Assembly: GCA_051362555.1 (NCBI GenBank)
Contig: CM120648.1
Span: forward strand, 5,142,587 to 5,206,586
DNA length: 64,000 nt
Direction of reading: 5' to 3'
Origin: Lingula anatina
Taxonomy: Eukaryota > Animalia > Brachiopoda
The notes under the pieces were generated by a model. It searched no databases and had not been told where the DNA came from. It saw nothing but the letters and a program-made list of their open reading frames with translations. Below are positions 1 to 11,590 of the stretch, in pieces. Position 1 is the stretch's first letter, and each line of letters opens with the position of its first letter. Both the position numbers and the translations under genes were made by a program.

Positions 1-122
1 ATTTTTCTCTAAACTATTCAACCACACCCTGGTTAATTTATCAAATGTTGACAAACCAAAGATAAAAAAGGGGGACTGCAACTTTGAAAAGAAAATGTAC
101 ATCTGTAAGCTAAATGTCTTAC

Positions 123-206
123 CCTGGACCAGAAAATGGTAATCGTAATCACCAGGTGCGCTATGAGCGTCAAAAACCGCGCCGGAACTATGCCACTGAT
201 TGCCAT
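123..206 (-). CDS. TMEM107: Transmembrane protein 107 (ciliary transition zone), first coding exon; gene continues beyond the window start
   Basis: Minus-strand ATG at 206 gives MAISGIVPARFLTLIAHLVITITIFWSR followed by a GTAAG donor at 122. This matches the recalled human TMEM107 N-terminus (MGRVSGLVPSRFLTLLAHLVVVITLFWSR). Too short for the ORF track. Confidence 0.9.
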
Positions 207-616
207 AATAGAGGGTCACGGTAAGTCAGACATCAGAGACATAAAAGTTATCTTTTCAGTGTTAAAAGACTCATCGATCAACACTTCTGCCTCCGTGGTT
301 CACAATCACATCTTCCTGACGTCAATATTCTAAAATAATTAAAAGGTGGAAGTCAATCAGCTAGACTATCAATTAACAATATACTGAAGTATGCAACGGT
401 GAATTTTGAGTTAAAACACGTCAAACCGCTCCAAGTTGTGCGAACAATGTTGACCGAAACCCACGGTTGTCACTGAAAACAAAGCTCATAATTTCCCGGC
501 CATTTTGGAATGTACGACGTCATGTGACTTCCTGCGAGAAAATCGGGTAGGTTCCGAGATCGACCTACCACGCAAGCGCAATCAAAGGTCCACGTAGGTT
601 CCTCCAACACGGCAAA
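207..616. promoter_or_regulatory. Bidirectional promoter between TMEM107 and COPB2
   Basis: 410 bp between divergent start codons and locally CpG-rich. Motifs: TGACGTCA (317-324), X-box-like GTTGTCACTGAAAAC (466-480), YY1-like GCCATTTT (~499), ETS-like ACTTCCTG (~528), CCACGT (~590). Motif function is inferred. Confidence 0.6.
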
Positions 617-2859
617 ATGGTAAGAAACTAACATTTTAAGAGCATTAACGTTGTAATTAAAGACATTTTCGCGTTAAGTTTGTTTGTGAAGTCGCTGTAC
701 AATACGATCTAGGATATGCAGTGTTTTGCGACCCACTACATTGCATACTGCGAGCGTTTTGATCGACTGTTCAACACACTCGCCGGCAAAATAAGGACTC
801 CTTGCCAAGACTGACACTTGTTCTGCCAATATTTCAAGAGACTAGTCGGGTTTAAGTGTTTGTTTTATATAGTTAAACGTTTTAGTCGCGTATCTGCTAA
901 GCCCAGTAAAGACGATAGTATGGTAAGACACGATTTGTTTTTAATTTATTTATTTATATTGAAATGGCAAGCGCCCCGTAAGCGAATTTATAGTGTGGAT
1001 ATTCATGTTTCAGTGATTTCAATATTGTTGCAGTCTCACATGGTTTTCATTCACTAATCATGTCTCAAATTTAAAAAAAAATCCGTTTGTTTCACAGTGC
1101 CTTAAACATACTTCATGAATTTTAATGCAATATTTTGCATTTCAATTTGTTTTTAAAAGTATATTTGTACATACCAAAATATTTTGATATAAGATAAGCC
1201 TACCTCCATCTATATTTGTGTTTTTTCCTAAATTCATAAGTGTTACCCTTATATTGTTAAAGTCTTTTCATATAAATACAGTCTTGTCTATATTCTTTCT
1301 ATACGGTACATCACAAAACATCACAATTATATTCTTTCAGCCCCTTAGGTTGGACATAAAGAGGAAGCTTTCAGCTCGGTCAGACCGAGTGAAAAGTGTA
1401 GACCTTCACCCTACTGAACCATGGATGTTAGCTAGTTTATACAATGGAAATGTACATGTATGGAATCATGAGTCACAGGTGAGGAAACAAGATACAATGT
1501 GAGCAGAAATGTTCATTAGCTTGGTAGTTTGTTCATACAGTATTTTCTACCTTTTCAACCATTCATGAAAGGGCCGTCATTATTTGGCCCAATCATGAGA
1601 TTCAGACAAATTAGGCATGTGATTAAGGCCCTTTAGTCTGTGTCATCGATAAAAAAAATATTAGTTTCTCTTCAGAAACAGTTTATTTTCTTACTATCAT
1701 TACACAAGAGACAGTGTTAAACCTAATTTATGAAAGGGACAATAAATGTGGCTATTTAGTATATTTGATTACTTTTTATCAGTTTAGTAAGTTTGGCTGC
1801 ACTTTAAAGAAAATTACATTAAAATTTCAGACCTTAATCAAGACATTTGAAGTGTGTGACCAGCCAGTGCGTGCTGCTTGCTTTGTCGCAAGAAAAAACT
1901 GGGTCATCACAGGCTCTGACGACATGCAGGTGAGAGTGTTCAACTACAACACGCTGGAACGGGTGCATCAGTTCGAAGCCCACTCGGATTACGTCAGGTG
2001 CATCGCCGTGCACCCCACCCAGCCATACATACTGACATCTAGTGGTGAGTACTAAAATTAATCATTATGACTTCTGTTATGCTCTCTGTAGGCTGGGTTT
2101 ACAAAATACACTCATGAACAGTGTTTGCCTCTTAGGAAAATAAGTTGCTGGACCGAAAGCTCAGCCATCTTGGAAATTAGCTGCCTGCCGGGTGAGAAAA
2201 CTTCTCTGCCCGTTCTGAAAGTTGTCTGCCCCGGGCAGACCGTCCAGCCTTAATTTCTAACACTGCTCATGAACAACAGAAATCTTTGTAGTAGAAAGTG
2301 GTTAAAGGTTTGCGATAACCTTGTGTAACACTTATCATTTAGAAACTGATTGCTGATATTCAAATAGAGAGAATTTCATTCACAGACATATGCTAAGAGT
2401 TTAATGTTGTAGACTGTTAACAGAAATCTCAAAAATTGTCTCTAGATATTGATGAATATTGTCCAAATAAGCAAACTATTTTTTTCACAAAGCAACCACA
2501 AGTCTGAAGTCAAATCTACAAGTCAGTTGCCTAGACTCACAGGCTATACATCGTAGACAGATAAATGATGATATAAATAAAAATTTACGACAAACGAGAT
2601 TTTAGAGTATTGTCGTCTCTCTCTCTCCAGATGACATGTTGATCAAGTTGTGGGACTGGGACAAGAAGTGGACATGTACCCAGGTATTTGAGGGACACAC
2701 CCACTACGTCATGCAGATCGTCATCAACCCTAAAGACAACAACCAGTTTGCCAGCGCCTCCTTGGACAGGACGGTCAAGGTAAGGGCACATATTTATTTG
2801 TCCATGGTTTTTGTGATGCTTAAGTTATTGTATGTGTGTGCATGTGTGTGTGTATATGC

Positions 2860-2892
<33 letters not shown>

Positions 2893-3610
2893 ATGCAGGT
2901 GTGCATATGTGTTTTGTTTGTATATGACATTCCAGAACTCAGTCAGGGATATGTACTATTATACAAGAAGGGATAACAGATCTGACTTTTAGACTAATAG
3001 TTTTCAAACTGAAAAAATTATTAATTCCTAAGGATAACATCTTACTAGAAATGGACGTAGATGATCAAATTTGTCATATCTTAACACCAGTTATATTAAT
3101 TTTATAATCTACAGTGGATTTTTTCTATTATCTCCCTCCAGGTGTGGCAGCTGGGATCCCCCATGCCTAATTTTACCCTGGAGGGCCATGAGAAGGGTGT
3201 CAACTGTATTGACTACTACACTGGGGGTGACAAACCTTACCTCATCTCTGGAGCTGACGACAGACAGGTGAAGATCTGGGACTACCAGGTAAAAACGTCA
3301 TTGAGACATTTGACATTTCTCTTTCTCTTATTTGGTTTTTTATAAATAATGTTTTTTTTTATGTCAGTTAAATGTTCTAATGATAAACAAATGTTTGTTT
3401 ACTTACTATTTAAAAAAAAAACATTGTTCAAAATTTTAATCCTGTTCCAGAACAAGACCTGTGTCCAGACTTTGGAGGGCCACGCCCAAAACATCTCCTG
3501 TGTCTCCTTCCACCCTGAACTGCCCATCATACTGACCGGCTCTGAGGATGGTCAGTACAGATAAACTTTTGTCATTTAGTCTCTAGCATGAGTTTCTGCA
3601 TCCCACTTCA

Positions 3611-3646
<36 letters not shown>

Positions 3647-3723
3647 GGAGGTAGCCAGCAGTTACTCAAAAAGGCAAATTGAAAATTCTCTTCCACTACA
3701 ACTGTGTAACACCGCATTTATAT

Positions 3724-3812
<89 letters not shown>

Positions 3813-4709
3813 TAGCATTATTATCAAAGTGAGTATTTGGCTGACAAAAAGTATCTTGACTACTACACAATAACATGTGCACATTATTTACATTTCACAT
3901 GTCTCTGTCCCATCAGGTACAGTCCGTGTGTGGCACGCTAACACCTACAGACTGGAGAGCACTCTGAACTATGGTCTGGAGAGAGTCTGGGCCATTGCCT
4001 GCCAGAAGGGTTCCAATAATGTGGCCCTGGGATATGATGAAGGAAGCATTATTATTAAGGTTAGTGTGGGCCATTGGAAGACAGGAGATGTGTTAAAAAC
4101 TGTCATTGAATGAGCATGGGAAAAAGTTCAGAACAGGCATGTAAAAATATTGATTATTTTCGTTCAATATTTGATGATGATAGCGTAAAAAGATTTTTAC
4201 TGCTTATATAGTTTCCCCCCCCCCCCTTTTTTTTTTTTTTGACATTTTTTGTTCAGTTTCACAGACTATGGTGTATAATATTCCCAGGTGTAAATAGAAT
4301 ATAAATGGATAAAAAAAATCTCCAAATTTATATTAATTTTACCCACCAAATAACCAAGTTATTTCATTATTTTCAGCTGGGTAGAGAGGAGCCAGCCATG
4401 TCTATGGACATGAATGGGAAGATAATCTGGGCCAAACACGCGGAGATCCAGCAAGCCAACATTAAGGCCATGGGTGACCAGGAGATTAAGGATGGAGAGA
4501 GGCTCCCCCTGGCGGTGAAAGATATGGGAAGCTGCGAGATCTATCCACAGAATATTGCGCATAATCCTAATGGAAGGTAAAGGACCTCTTTTCTTTACAT
4601 CCCTCTTTATTTTTCGTGCTTGAAATCCTTTATGAGGTCACAGGATCCGATGTACTCCATACCTCTGTTCTTGTGAATTACATAAGACAAAATTTTGAAT
4701 ATGAAGTAT

Positions 4710-4748
<39 letters not shown>

Positions 4749-7700
4749 TTTCTAAGGTTTGTAACTGTATGCGGTGATGGTGAATACATCATATACACTG
4801 CCATGGCACTGCGTAACAAAAGCTTCGGCTCAGCACAAGAGTTTGTCTGGAGTAACGACTCCTCCATGTACGCCACCAGAGAAGGCAGCAGCATGGTGAA
4901 GATCTTCAAGAATTTCAAAGAGATAAAATCATTCAAGCCAGATTTTGGTGCTGAAGGTGAGTGTGACTTGTCTTGGGACGGTTTTGTGCTGCCACCTTAA
5001 AGTCATGTTGAAGTAGAAATTAAAGCAATAACTTTTTCTGTACTTGTTGCAGGCTGGTCAGGCTTTCCATCATTAGATGTTTGTAAACATCATCATTAGA
5101 TGTTTGTAAACAAAACAATTTTAAACCGAAGGTCAAGTGGTCTAAAGATTAAAAAAAAAGAGAACTGTATTTCTGTTATGCAAGATTTGACAGTTCAGTT
5201 TATCATGGAAATCACAAAATAAAAAACCTTCAGAGTAAACCTATTTTCAGGACTTAATCCCTTATCTGATGCAATTTGTTTACTTAATCAAAATTTATTT
5301 TACCTGTTCATTGTGTTCTCTAGGTCTGTATGGAGGTCACATGATGGGGGTGAGGTCAGTGAGTGGACTGGCCTTCTACGACTGGGACAGCAATGACCTG
5401 GTCAGGAGGATAGAGATCACACCTAAACATGTAAGTGCTTAACCTGGGGTGGTTAAAAACCCTGACCAGCTGGACAATTAATCACAGTGCTTTAACTTGT
5501 TCTTTTGCTATGGATAAATAACAGCACTTTGCTGGTGCATCAAGTTGTGTTTAGTGATGTTAGATAAGGTCATTGAAGGGGAAAATACGATTTATGTTAT
5601 TTCATGGTATATAAGATACAGTTAAATGTTATGGTAGCTAATGTGAATGTCATGTCAAATGTCATGCCATGTCATGTCATACAGTATGTTCAGGTCACGT
5701 TTTTTATGCTATATCGTGTCATGCCATGTCATGTCATGTGTTCCAGATCTACTGGAATGACAGTGGAGAGCTGGTGTGTATTGCCACAGAGGAGTCCTTC
5801 TTCATCCTCAAGTACAGTGCTGAGGCAGTGATGAAGGCCAAGGAGAACCCAGAGTCCATTACTGAGGACGGCATAGAGGATGCCTTTGATGTGAGAAATC
5901 TCTCTCTCTCTCTCTCATCCTTCTTGCTTTCAGTTAAACTTAGTAATGCCCATGTGAATGTTTGCAATCATCAATTTTATAATGCTTCGGTGACTTGCCA
6001 CCTTTAATTATACTGTAACTAATATTTTTACCTTTTATGAGAATAAAGATGTTTTAAAAAATCAATTTTCACACCTTCAGGTTCTTGGTGAGGTGGAAGA
6101 GGCAGTGAGAACAGGACTCTGGGTCGGAGACTGTTTTATCTACACCAACAGTGTGAACAGACTGAATTATTATGTAGGAGGTGAAATAGTCACCATTGCT
6201 CACCTGGACAGGTAGGTGTTCTTAGTGTTCAGTGGGATATTTTGCTCTTCTTCAACACCACACCTGTACTCTCACCTGGTAAGAGAGTCTGTCAGTTATG
6301 ATCAGTAAGTTTGCACAGACCACAAATCTTTGCATTCCTAGTGTAGGGTACTCTGATTATTGTCATGATATTTTCAGTTTCTTCTGTATGTGCTTATTGC
6401 TTTCAAAATGGAATTATTTGACACCCAGGTTAATTTAGCAAAACACTTACACTGTGTTTTATTCTTTTTTAAACAAAATTAAGAAGAAACACTTCTCCTT
6501 CTAGAAATTAAATCATTCTGTCAGTTTATAAGTCAGTTACATTTAATATTTGTAAGTTGAGTGAATGAAAGTGGCATTTAGGCTTAGTGTTTGTATTGTA
6601 TATTTCCGAAATCTAATACAGTTTGAAATAAAAGATACATTTAATATATAAATAAATTAACCCCTCACCTTCCACACCAGGGTCATGTATCTCCTGGGTT
6701 ACATTCCAAAGGACAACCGCCTGTACCTGGGGGACAAAGAGTTAAATGTGGTCAGCTTCTCCCTGCTGTTGTCTGTGTTGGAGTACCAGACGGCAGTGAT
6801 GAGGAGAGACTTCGACACAGCCGACAAGGTGCTACCCACAATTCCTAGGGAACAGAGAACGCGTGTGGCACACTTCTTAGAAAAACAGGTAAGATGTGTG
6901 TTCGGTTTTTTCTCCATGCTGAATATTATTATAATAATACTTTGGTGAAGTTTCTGGGCTAATTTTCTCGGCAAAGTTGCAGTCTTTGATGAAAGAAATG
7001 TTCTGAAAGATTATACTGTGTTTTAGATTTTTCTGTACTCTATGGCAGTTGCTGTTCAAGTACTGTCATTCCTAAAAAAAACAATCCTGGGAAAAAAAAA
7101 ACATTTTCACTGTTATAAGCAAATATGAAACATATATTTTCTTAATGAAAAACAAATATTAATTTCTTCTGTTGTCTTTGTTAAAGGTGTTCACAGTGAC
7201 ACAGTAATAATTTCATTCTCGACCATTCCAGGGTTTTAAAAGCCAGGCTCTGGCAGTGACCACAGACCCTGAACACAAGTTTGAGCTGTCACTGGGGCTA
7301 GGAGACTTGAAAACATCTTATCAGATAGCTAAGGAGTCCGAAGTGAGAGTCTTTTAATTCCTTTAATTTTAATGTAATGCAAAAGCTGAATTTCTAAGTC
7401 CTCTTAGTTCTGTTTGGAGGGTTTTAGCTGGGCACAGTCATATTAATCATATTTTGAGAGACATTTTTAATTGTAGAACACATTTATATTTTTCAAAGTG
7501 TATATATATCGACTCAACTTGATTACAAACTTCTAATTTGCTGTTTTGAATTAGTCTGAACAAAAATGACAAATTCTTGCTAATAATATCATTCTATAAG
7601 CTAAATTCTAGTTCAAGCTAAAATGAAATCTGCTTGCTGATACTATAATTCTCAATGCTAAATTCCAGTTCAGACAAAAAAAAAAAATTAACTGCTTGCT

Positions 7701-8759
7701 GATATTAAAATTATCTATGTAAAAACTTGAATTCTAGTCTGAACAGAAATGGAAGCAGCTGGCAGAGCTCGCGACCTCCAAGTGTGAGTTCGGCCTGGCG
7801 CAGGAATGTCTTCACCAGGCCCAGGACTTCGGCGGACTCCTCCTATTGGCCAGTTCAGCGGGGAATACCGAGATGGTCCAGAAACTCGGAGAAACGGCAC
7901 GTGCCTCAGGGCAGAATAATGTGTCGTTTTTGTCATATTTTGCACTTGGAAAGTACGTGAAATTTTATCAATTTACAATATCATCAAAATAAGCTTTAAT
8001 TGATATTTCGGTTTTAATACTTCAGTAAATTTTGATGAAAAGTTTGTCCCATTTTACAGGCTCTCTACACGGTTAGTTTTTACATATTTGTTTGTACAAA
8101 AAAGATATGCACTATAGTGAACTAAATTTGAAATATTGTATGTTTGTGGCTTTATCTTTCAGACTAGAGGAGTGCCTGGAAGTTCTCATCAGCACAGGAA
8201 GGTTACCAGAGGCTGCTTTCTTTGCCAGGACCTATTTACCAAGCCAAATATCCAGGTAAGAAAATTTTTTCTTGGATTTTTGTTCACCATTTCTTTCCTT
8301 TCTTTGAAGTTAAAATTCAAAATTGACCAAAATCTGGAAAAAATAAAATTCGGAATTCTTCACTACACAAGCAGAAAAAACTAGCTTTCAAATCTACCTA
8401 CTTGTAACAAAAACTAGTTTAAAATCAACAAAGATGAGAACATGCGATTTTTAAAAAGGGATATTTAAAAAAAATCAAATTTTAAGATCTAGATTCTTGA
8501 ATCAAGGAGCTTGAATTCATTTGACATATTGAATTTAAAATGGAAAAAAAAAAACTTACATCTGACTATATTCCAGGGTGGTCCAGCTATGGAGGGAGCA
8601 CCTGTCCACAATCAACAAGAAGGCTGCGGCCTCCCTTGCCGACCCCACGGAGTACGAGAATCTGTTCCCAGGACTGAGGGACACGTTCAAGGCAGAGCAG
8701 TACCTGAAGAGACAGAGGGGGGTCAGGATACCAGCTGGGGCTTATACACAAGTGCCAGT

Positions 8760-8793
<34 letters not shown>

Positions 8794-8826
8794 TTGTTGT
8801 ATTTGTGAGTATGCATGCCTTGTGTT

Positions 8827-8858
<32 letters not shown>

Positions 8859-10132
8859 AGAGAGTATGCTGGCCATATATGCATGTGCGTATGTGCATGC
8901 ATGCTATGTGCTATTTGTGTGTCATCATTCCACACCTGAATATAGGTGTGCAGTGTTAGAAACTATTTGAAACGTACACGCAAGTTCCTTTATGTGTGTC
9001 TGTGAGCGAGTTTGTTGTCACAAAACATTTCGAACATGTCAAATTTTGTGCGAGTGTGGGTGTGCTGACAGAAATTTGGAACTTCCAAAGTTAGCGTGGA
9101 TGTTTGTGTGTGTCTAAGCTTTTGTGACATTAATGAGTATTAACAAGTATGTGAAATATAAATTAATGACATTATTTTCTTTCCAGCCAAACCATGAGCG
9201 AAATGCATTGGAAGAGATGCAAGCTGCTGAAGAGACTGGAAAATTCACTTACGTACCCCCAAGAACAGAGGGCGCAGATGATGATGATGAGGATGATGAC
9301 GATTTCCAAGACTCCCAGCCAGCATCAGAAGCCCAGCAAAGTCTCCGGGACATGGTAGAGAGTGGATTAGGTCAAGAACGTGCCCCAAGTCCTCCCAAAC
9401 CAGCGCCCTCTGCTGCTCCTCCTGTGGCTCCCTCTAGTGAACAAAAAACACAAGAAATTGAAGATGAACTGGAATTAGACTTAGAGAATCTAAATTTGGA
9501 TGAAAACATTGATACTTCGGTAAGGTGATCATTTTATTTCATTTAGAAAGTAAATGGTTTGACAGTAAATTAAAGCAAGTCTTTAGGTTTATTTGATCTT
9601 TTTGGAATTTTATTTCCATTTATGTAAAAATACATTTTAAAACAAGACATTTAAACTTAGTCAAGACGAAGTGTAGTAGAATTCCAATAAAAGTATATTC
9701 CCATTATTTTTTTTGCATTCCAACATTTCACTTGAAACTAAGATATGCATCTACGTCTTCATTTTAATGTCATCAAGGCAAAGGTTTATGCTTCATATTT
9801 GAAGTTGTCATAACGTCTTCTCATTGTTTTATCAACAAGTGATTTCCCCCATTTGTGTGCCATTTTCTATCAGAATGAGCACAGCTGTGTATGTGATAGG
9901 CATGTTGGAATTTCTATTTTTCTTTTCAAAGATCTGACTGGAAGTAGTATTGAAAAAATGGAAATATTTCACTTATATTAATTTATTAGCCAGAATTCAT
10001 AGTTTTGGTTATAATGCACTTGTATTGAATATTTGTGTAGGTTTTTAATTTAAACTTTGACATTTTTGTTCAACTTAAATCTAGACCAGATTAGTTGTAG
10101 ACTCCCAAAAAGTGACTGTTGAAACTTCAGCC

Positions 10133-10188
<56 letters not shown>

Positions 10189-10369
10189 TTATATGTGAAC
10201 CTTTATTTGATGATGATCAGCTCTGATTTATCTTGGGTCAAGTTGACTAAAATGGCATTCAACTGCACAAAAAGCAAGTGTAAGTGAATTATTATTTTTG
10301 TGTAATGTGATAAAAATGTTTTTTCTCTTGCAGGATGTAGTATTAGATGAAGACTTGTTAGAAGATTGA
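617..10369 (+). CDS. COPB2: Coatomer subunit beta' (COPI), complete, 19 coding exons, 950 aa
   Basis: Exons: 617-619 (ATG only), 1341-1478, 1831-2044, 2631-2779, 3142-3288, 3451-3550, 3917-4059, 4377-4576, 4757-4956, 5324-5430, 5747-5890, 6081-6211, 6681-6888, 7232-7342, 7738-7952, 8163-8255, 8577-8757, 9187-9519, 10334-10369. All introns GT-AG; total 2853 nt in one frame. Starts [29 protein letters not shown], has WD40 repeats, ends [18 protein letters not shown]. Confidence 0.97.
2119..2265. mobile_element. hAT-like MITE in COPB2 intron 3
   Basis: Termini CAGTGTT...AACACTG flanked by a perfect 8-bp direct repeat CTCATGAA (2111-2118 and 2266-2273). Confidence 0.75.
3727..3810. repeat. (TA)n microsatellite
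   Basis: About 42 perfect TA units. Confidence 0.95.
5645..5740. repeat. Degenerate (CATGT)n pentamer tracts before COPB2 exon 11
   Basis: Repeated gtcat/gccat units in two blocks. Confidence 0.6.
7545..7752 (+). repeat. Four degenerate ~60-bp tandem copies ending in the COPB2 exon 15 acceptor
   Basis: Units gaattagtctgaacaaaaatga / aattctagttcaagctaaaatga / aattccagttcagacaaaaa / gaattctagtctgaacagaaatgg, separated by a shared (tg)cttgct(g)ata spacer. Confidence 0.7.
8762..8860. repeat. (GT)n microsatellite at the COPB2 exon 17 donor
   Basis: Interrupted GT runs directly after gtaa. Confidence 0.9.
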
Positions 10370-11198
10370 GAGAAATCTGGCAGAGTAATTGTACATATTG
10401 TAACTGGTGAAAGAAGATGAGGAGGGAATCAAGGACATGACAGAAAGACAAAAATGGCAGAAGATTCAAACTTTATCAGAGACAAATAAACTAAGGCAAG
10501 ATTTTCTGATACCTGGAGAAACAAAAATCTGGAAAAAATCAGAAGAAAAGAAGGCTGTGGGAATATGCTGTTTGTTACGTATTTGTAGATGCAACACTTT
10601 TTCTATTCCATGATATTCTGGCGATGTTATCACAAAATTATCCTGGTATCATTAATAAAATGTGACCCTGAAATATCATCCAGTGACCTTGACATTGGAC
10701 CCAATGACCTTGACATTGCACCTTTGGATGACCTCTTCTTGATGCAAGGTGTGTATGTGCTTGCGCTGCTCGAAATTCTCAAGAAACATGAATTTAATTA
10801 TCACCTAAATGAAAAAAAATCTTTGAGGATAGCTTCCTAGAAAAACTCTTCACCTGCTTTCGTGTGAATACTCGTGGCAAGCAGTTTGCTTCTGTAAATG
10901 TATCAGTGTGCCCAACAAGGACGGGAAAATGCTTGTTACTGTTGAATGGCATCACAAAATTGAGGTCTTCTATTCTCCGGAAAACGTTACTTCATGGACA
11001 TACCATCTTTGATGAATTATGTTCACCCTGTTAGAAAGAGGAGAAATTTATTCTAAGGAAATAGTAGAATGAATATGTATTTATTGTCTCTGACGAAATG
11101 GAAGGGACATTTCAGCCCAACATCTGCCAATATTGTACAGTGGTGACTGGATGATGATAATATAATGATAATATGATAATATTGGGGTGTATTATTGG

Positions 11199-11204
11199 AA
11201 TAAA
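11199..11204 (+). terminator. Candidate COPB2 polyadenylation signal
   Basis: AATAAA about 830 nt after the stop codon, followed by a T/GT-rich tract. Confidence 0.45.
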
Positions 11205-11390
11205 TGGCTTATTGAGTCAAATATACTTGAATTATTATATCGTGTTAATTGTGTTATTGTTATTATTATTATTATTATTATTGAAAAATTTACAAGTTCG
11301 TTTATTTTTTTATATAGCCGGAAGTAGACGATTGATTGCAACTCCGTGAAGATTCATCATAATTTTTGCGTTGAACTTGTTTTCGAATAA

Positions 11391-11590
11391 TGAGGTAGAA
11401 AACGCGTCTGTTAAGATCAACTTTAATTGGTATAAAGCTCCCGATCTTTTGGCTTATGTGGCTTCTTCAGGGATTAATTTTCATTTATTTTTTACTCCTT
11501 GAACAAAGCACATATTAAGCCTTAAAGGTTTTCTGGAGTCAACAGTAATTAAATCTACTGTCTAAACCGAACAGAACGCAGCCAATTTTT
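11391..11590. mobile_element. Penelope-like retroelement pseudo-LTR relic, apparently an inverted pair with a decayed hammerhead core
   Basis: Minus strand 11472-11391 reads CCCTGAAGAAGCCACATAAGCCAAAAGATC...ACCAATTAAAGTTGATCTTAACAGA...TACCTCA, the layout of PLE 3' ends (CTGAAGA..GAAA, here CAAAA). A more decayed inverted copy starts near 11497 on + (CCTTGAACAAAGCACATATTAAGCCTTAAAGG). Confidence 0.5.

Noticed and set aside
136-333. 65-aa plus-strand ORF
   Set aside because: Antisense shadow of TMEM107 exon 1 and its promoter; no recognisable protein.
3588-3873. ORFs with YIYI, SLSL, CVCV, THTH, ERER, YLFI, poly-N/I/F runs (here and throughout the window)
   Set aside because: Translations of microsatellites, not genes.
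5068-5112. 23-bp tandem duplicate containing the forkhead motif GTAAACA in COPB2 intron 9
   Set aside because: Simple slippage duplicate; a 7-mer in AT-rich DNA is too common to support FoxL2 autoregulation.
7545-7752. CRISPR-like repeat-spacer pattern
   Set aside because: Eukaryotic intron; whole units are degenerate tandem copies with no unique spacers and no cas genes.
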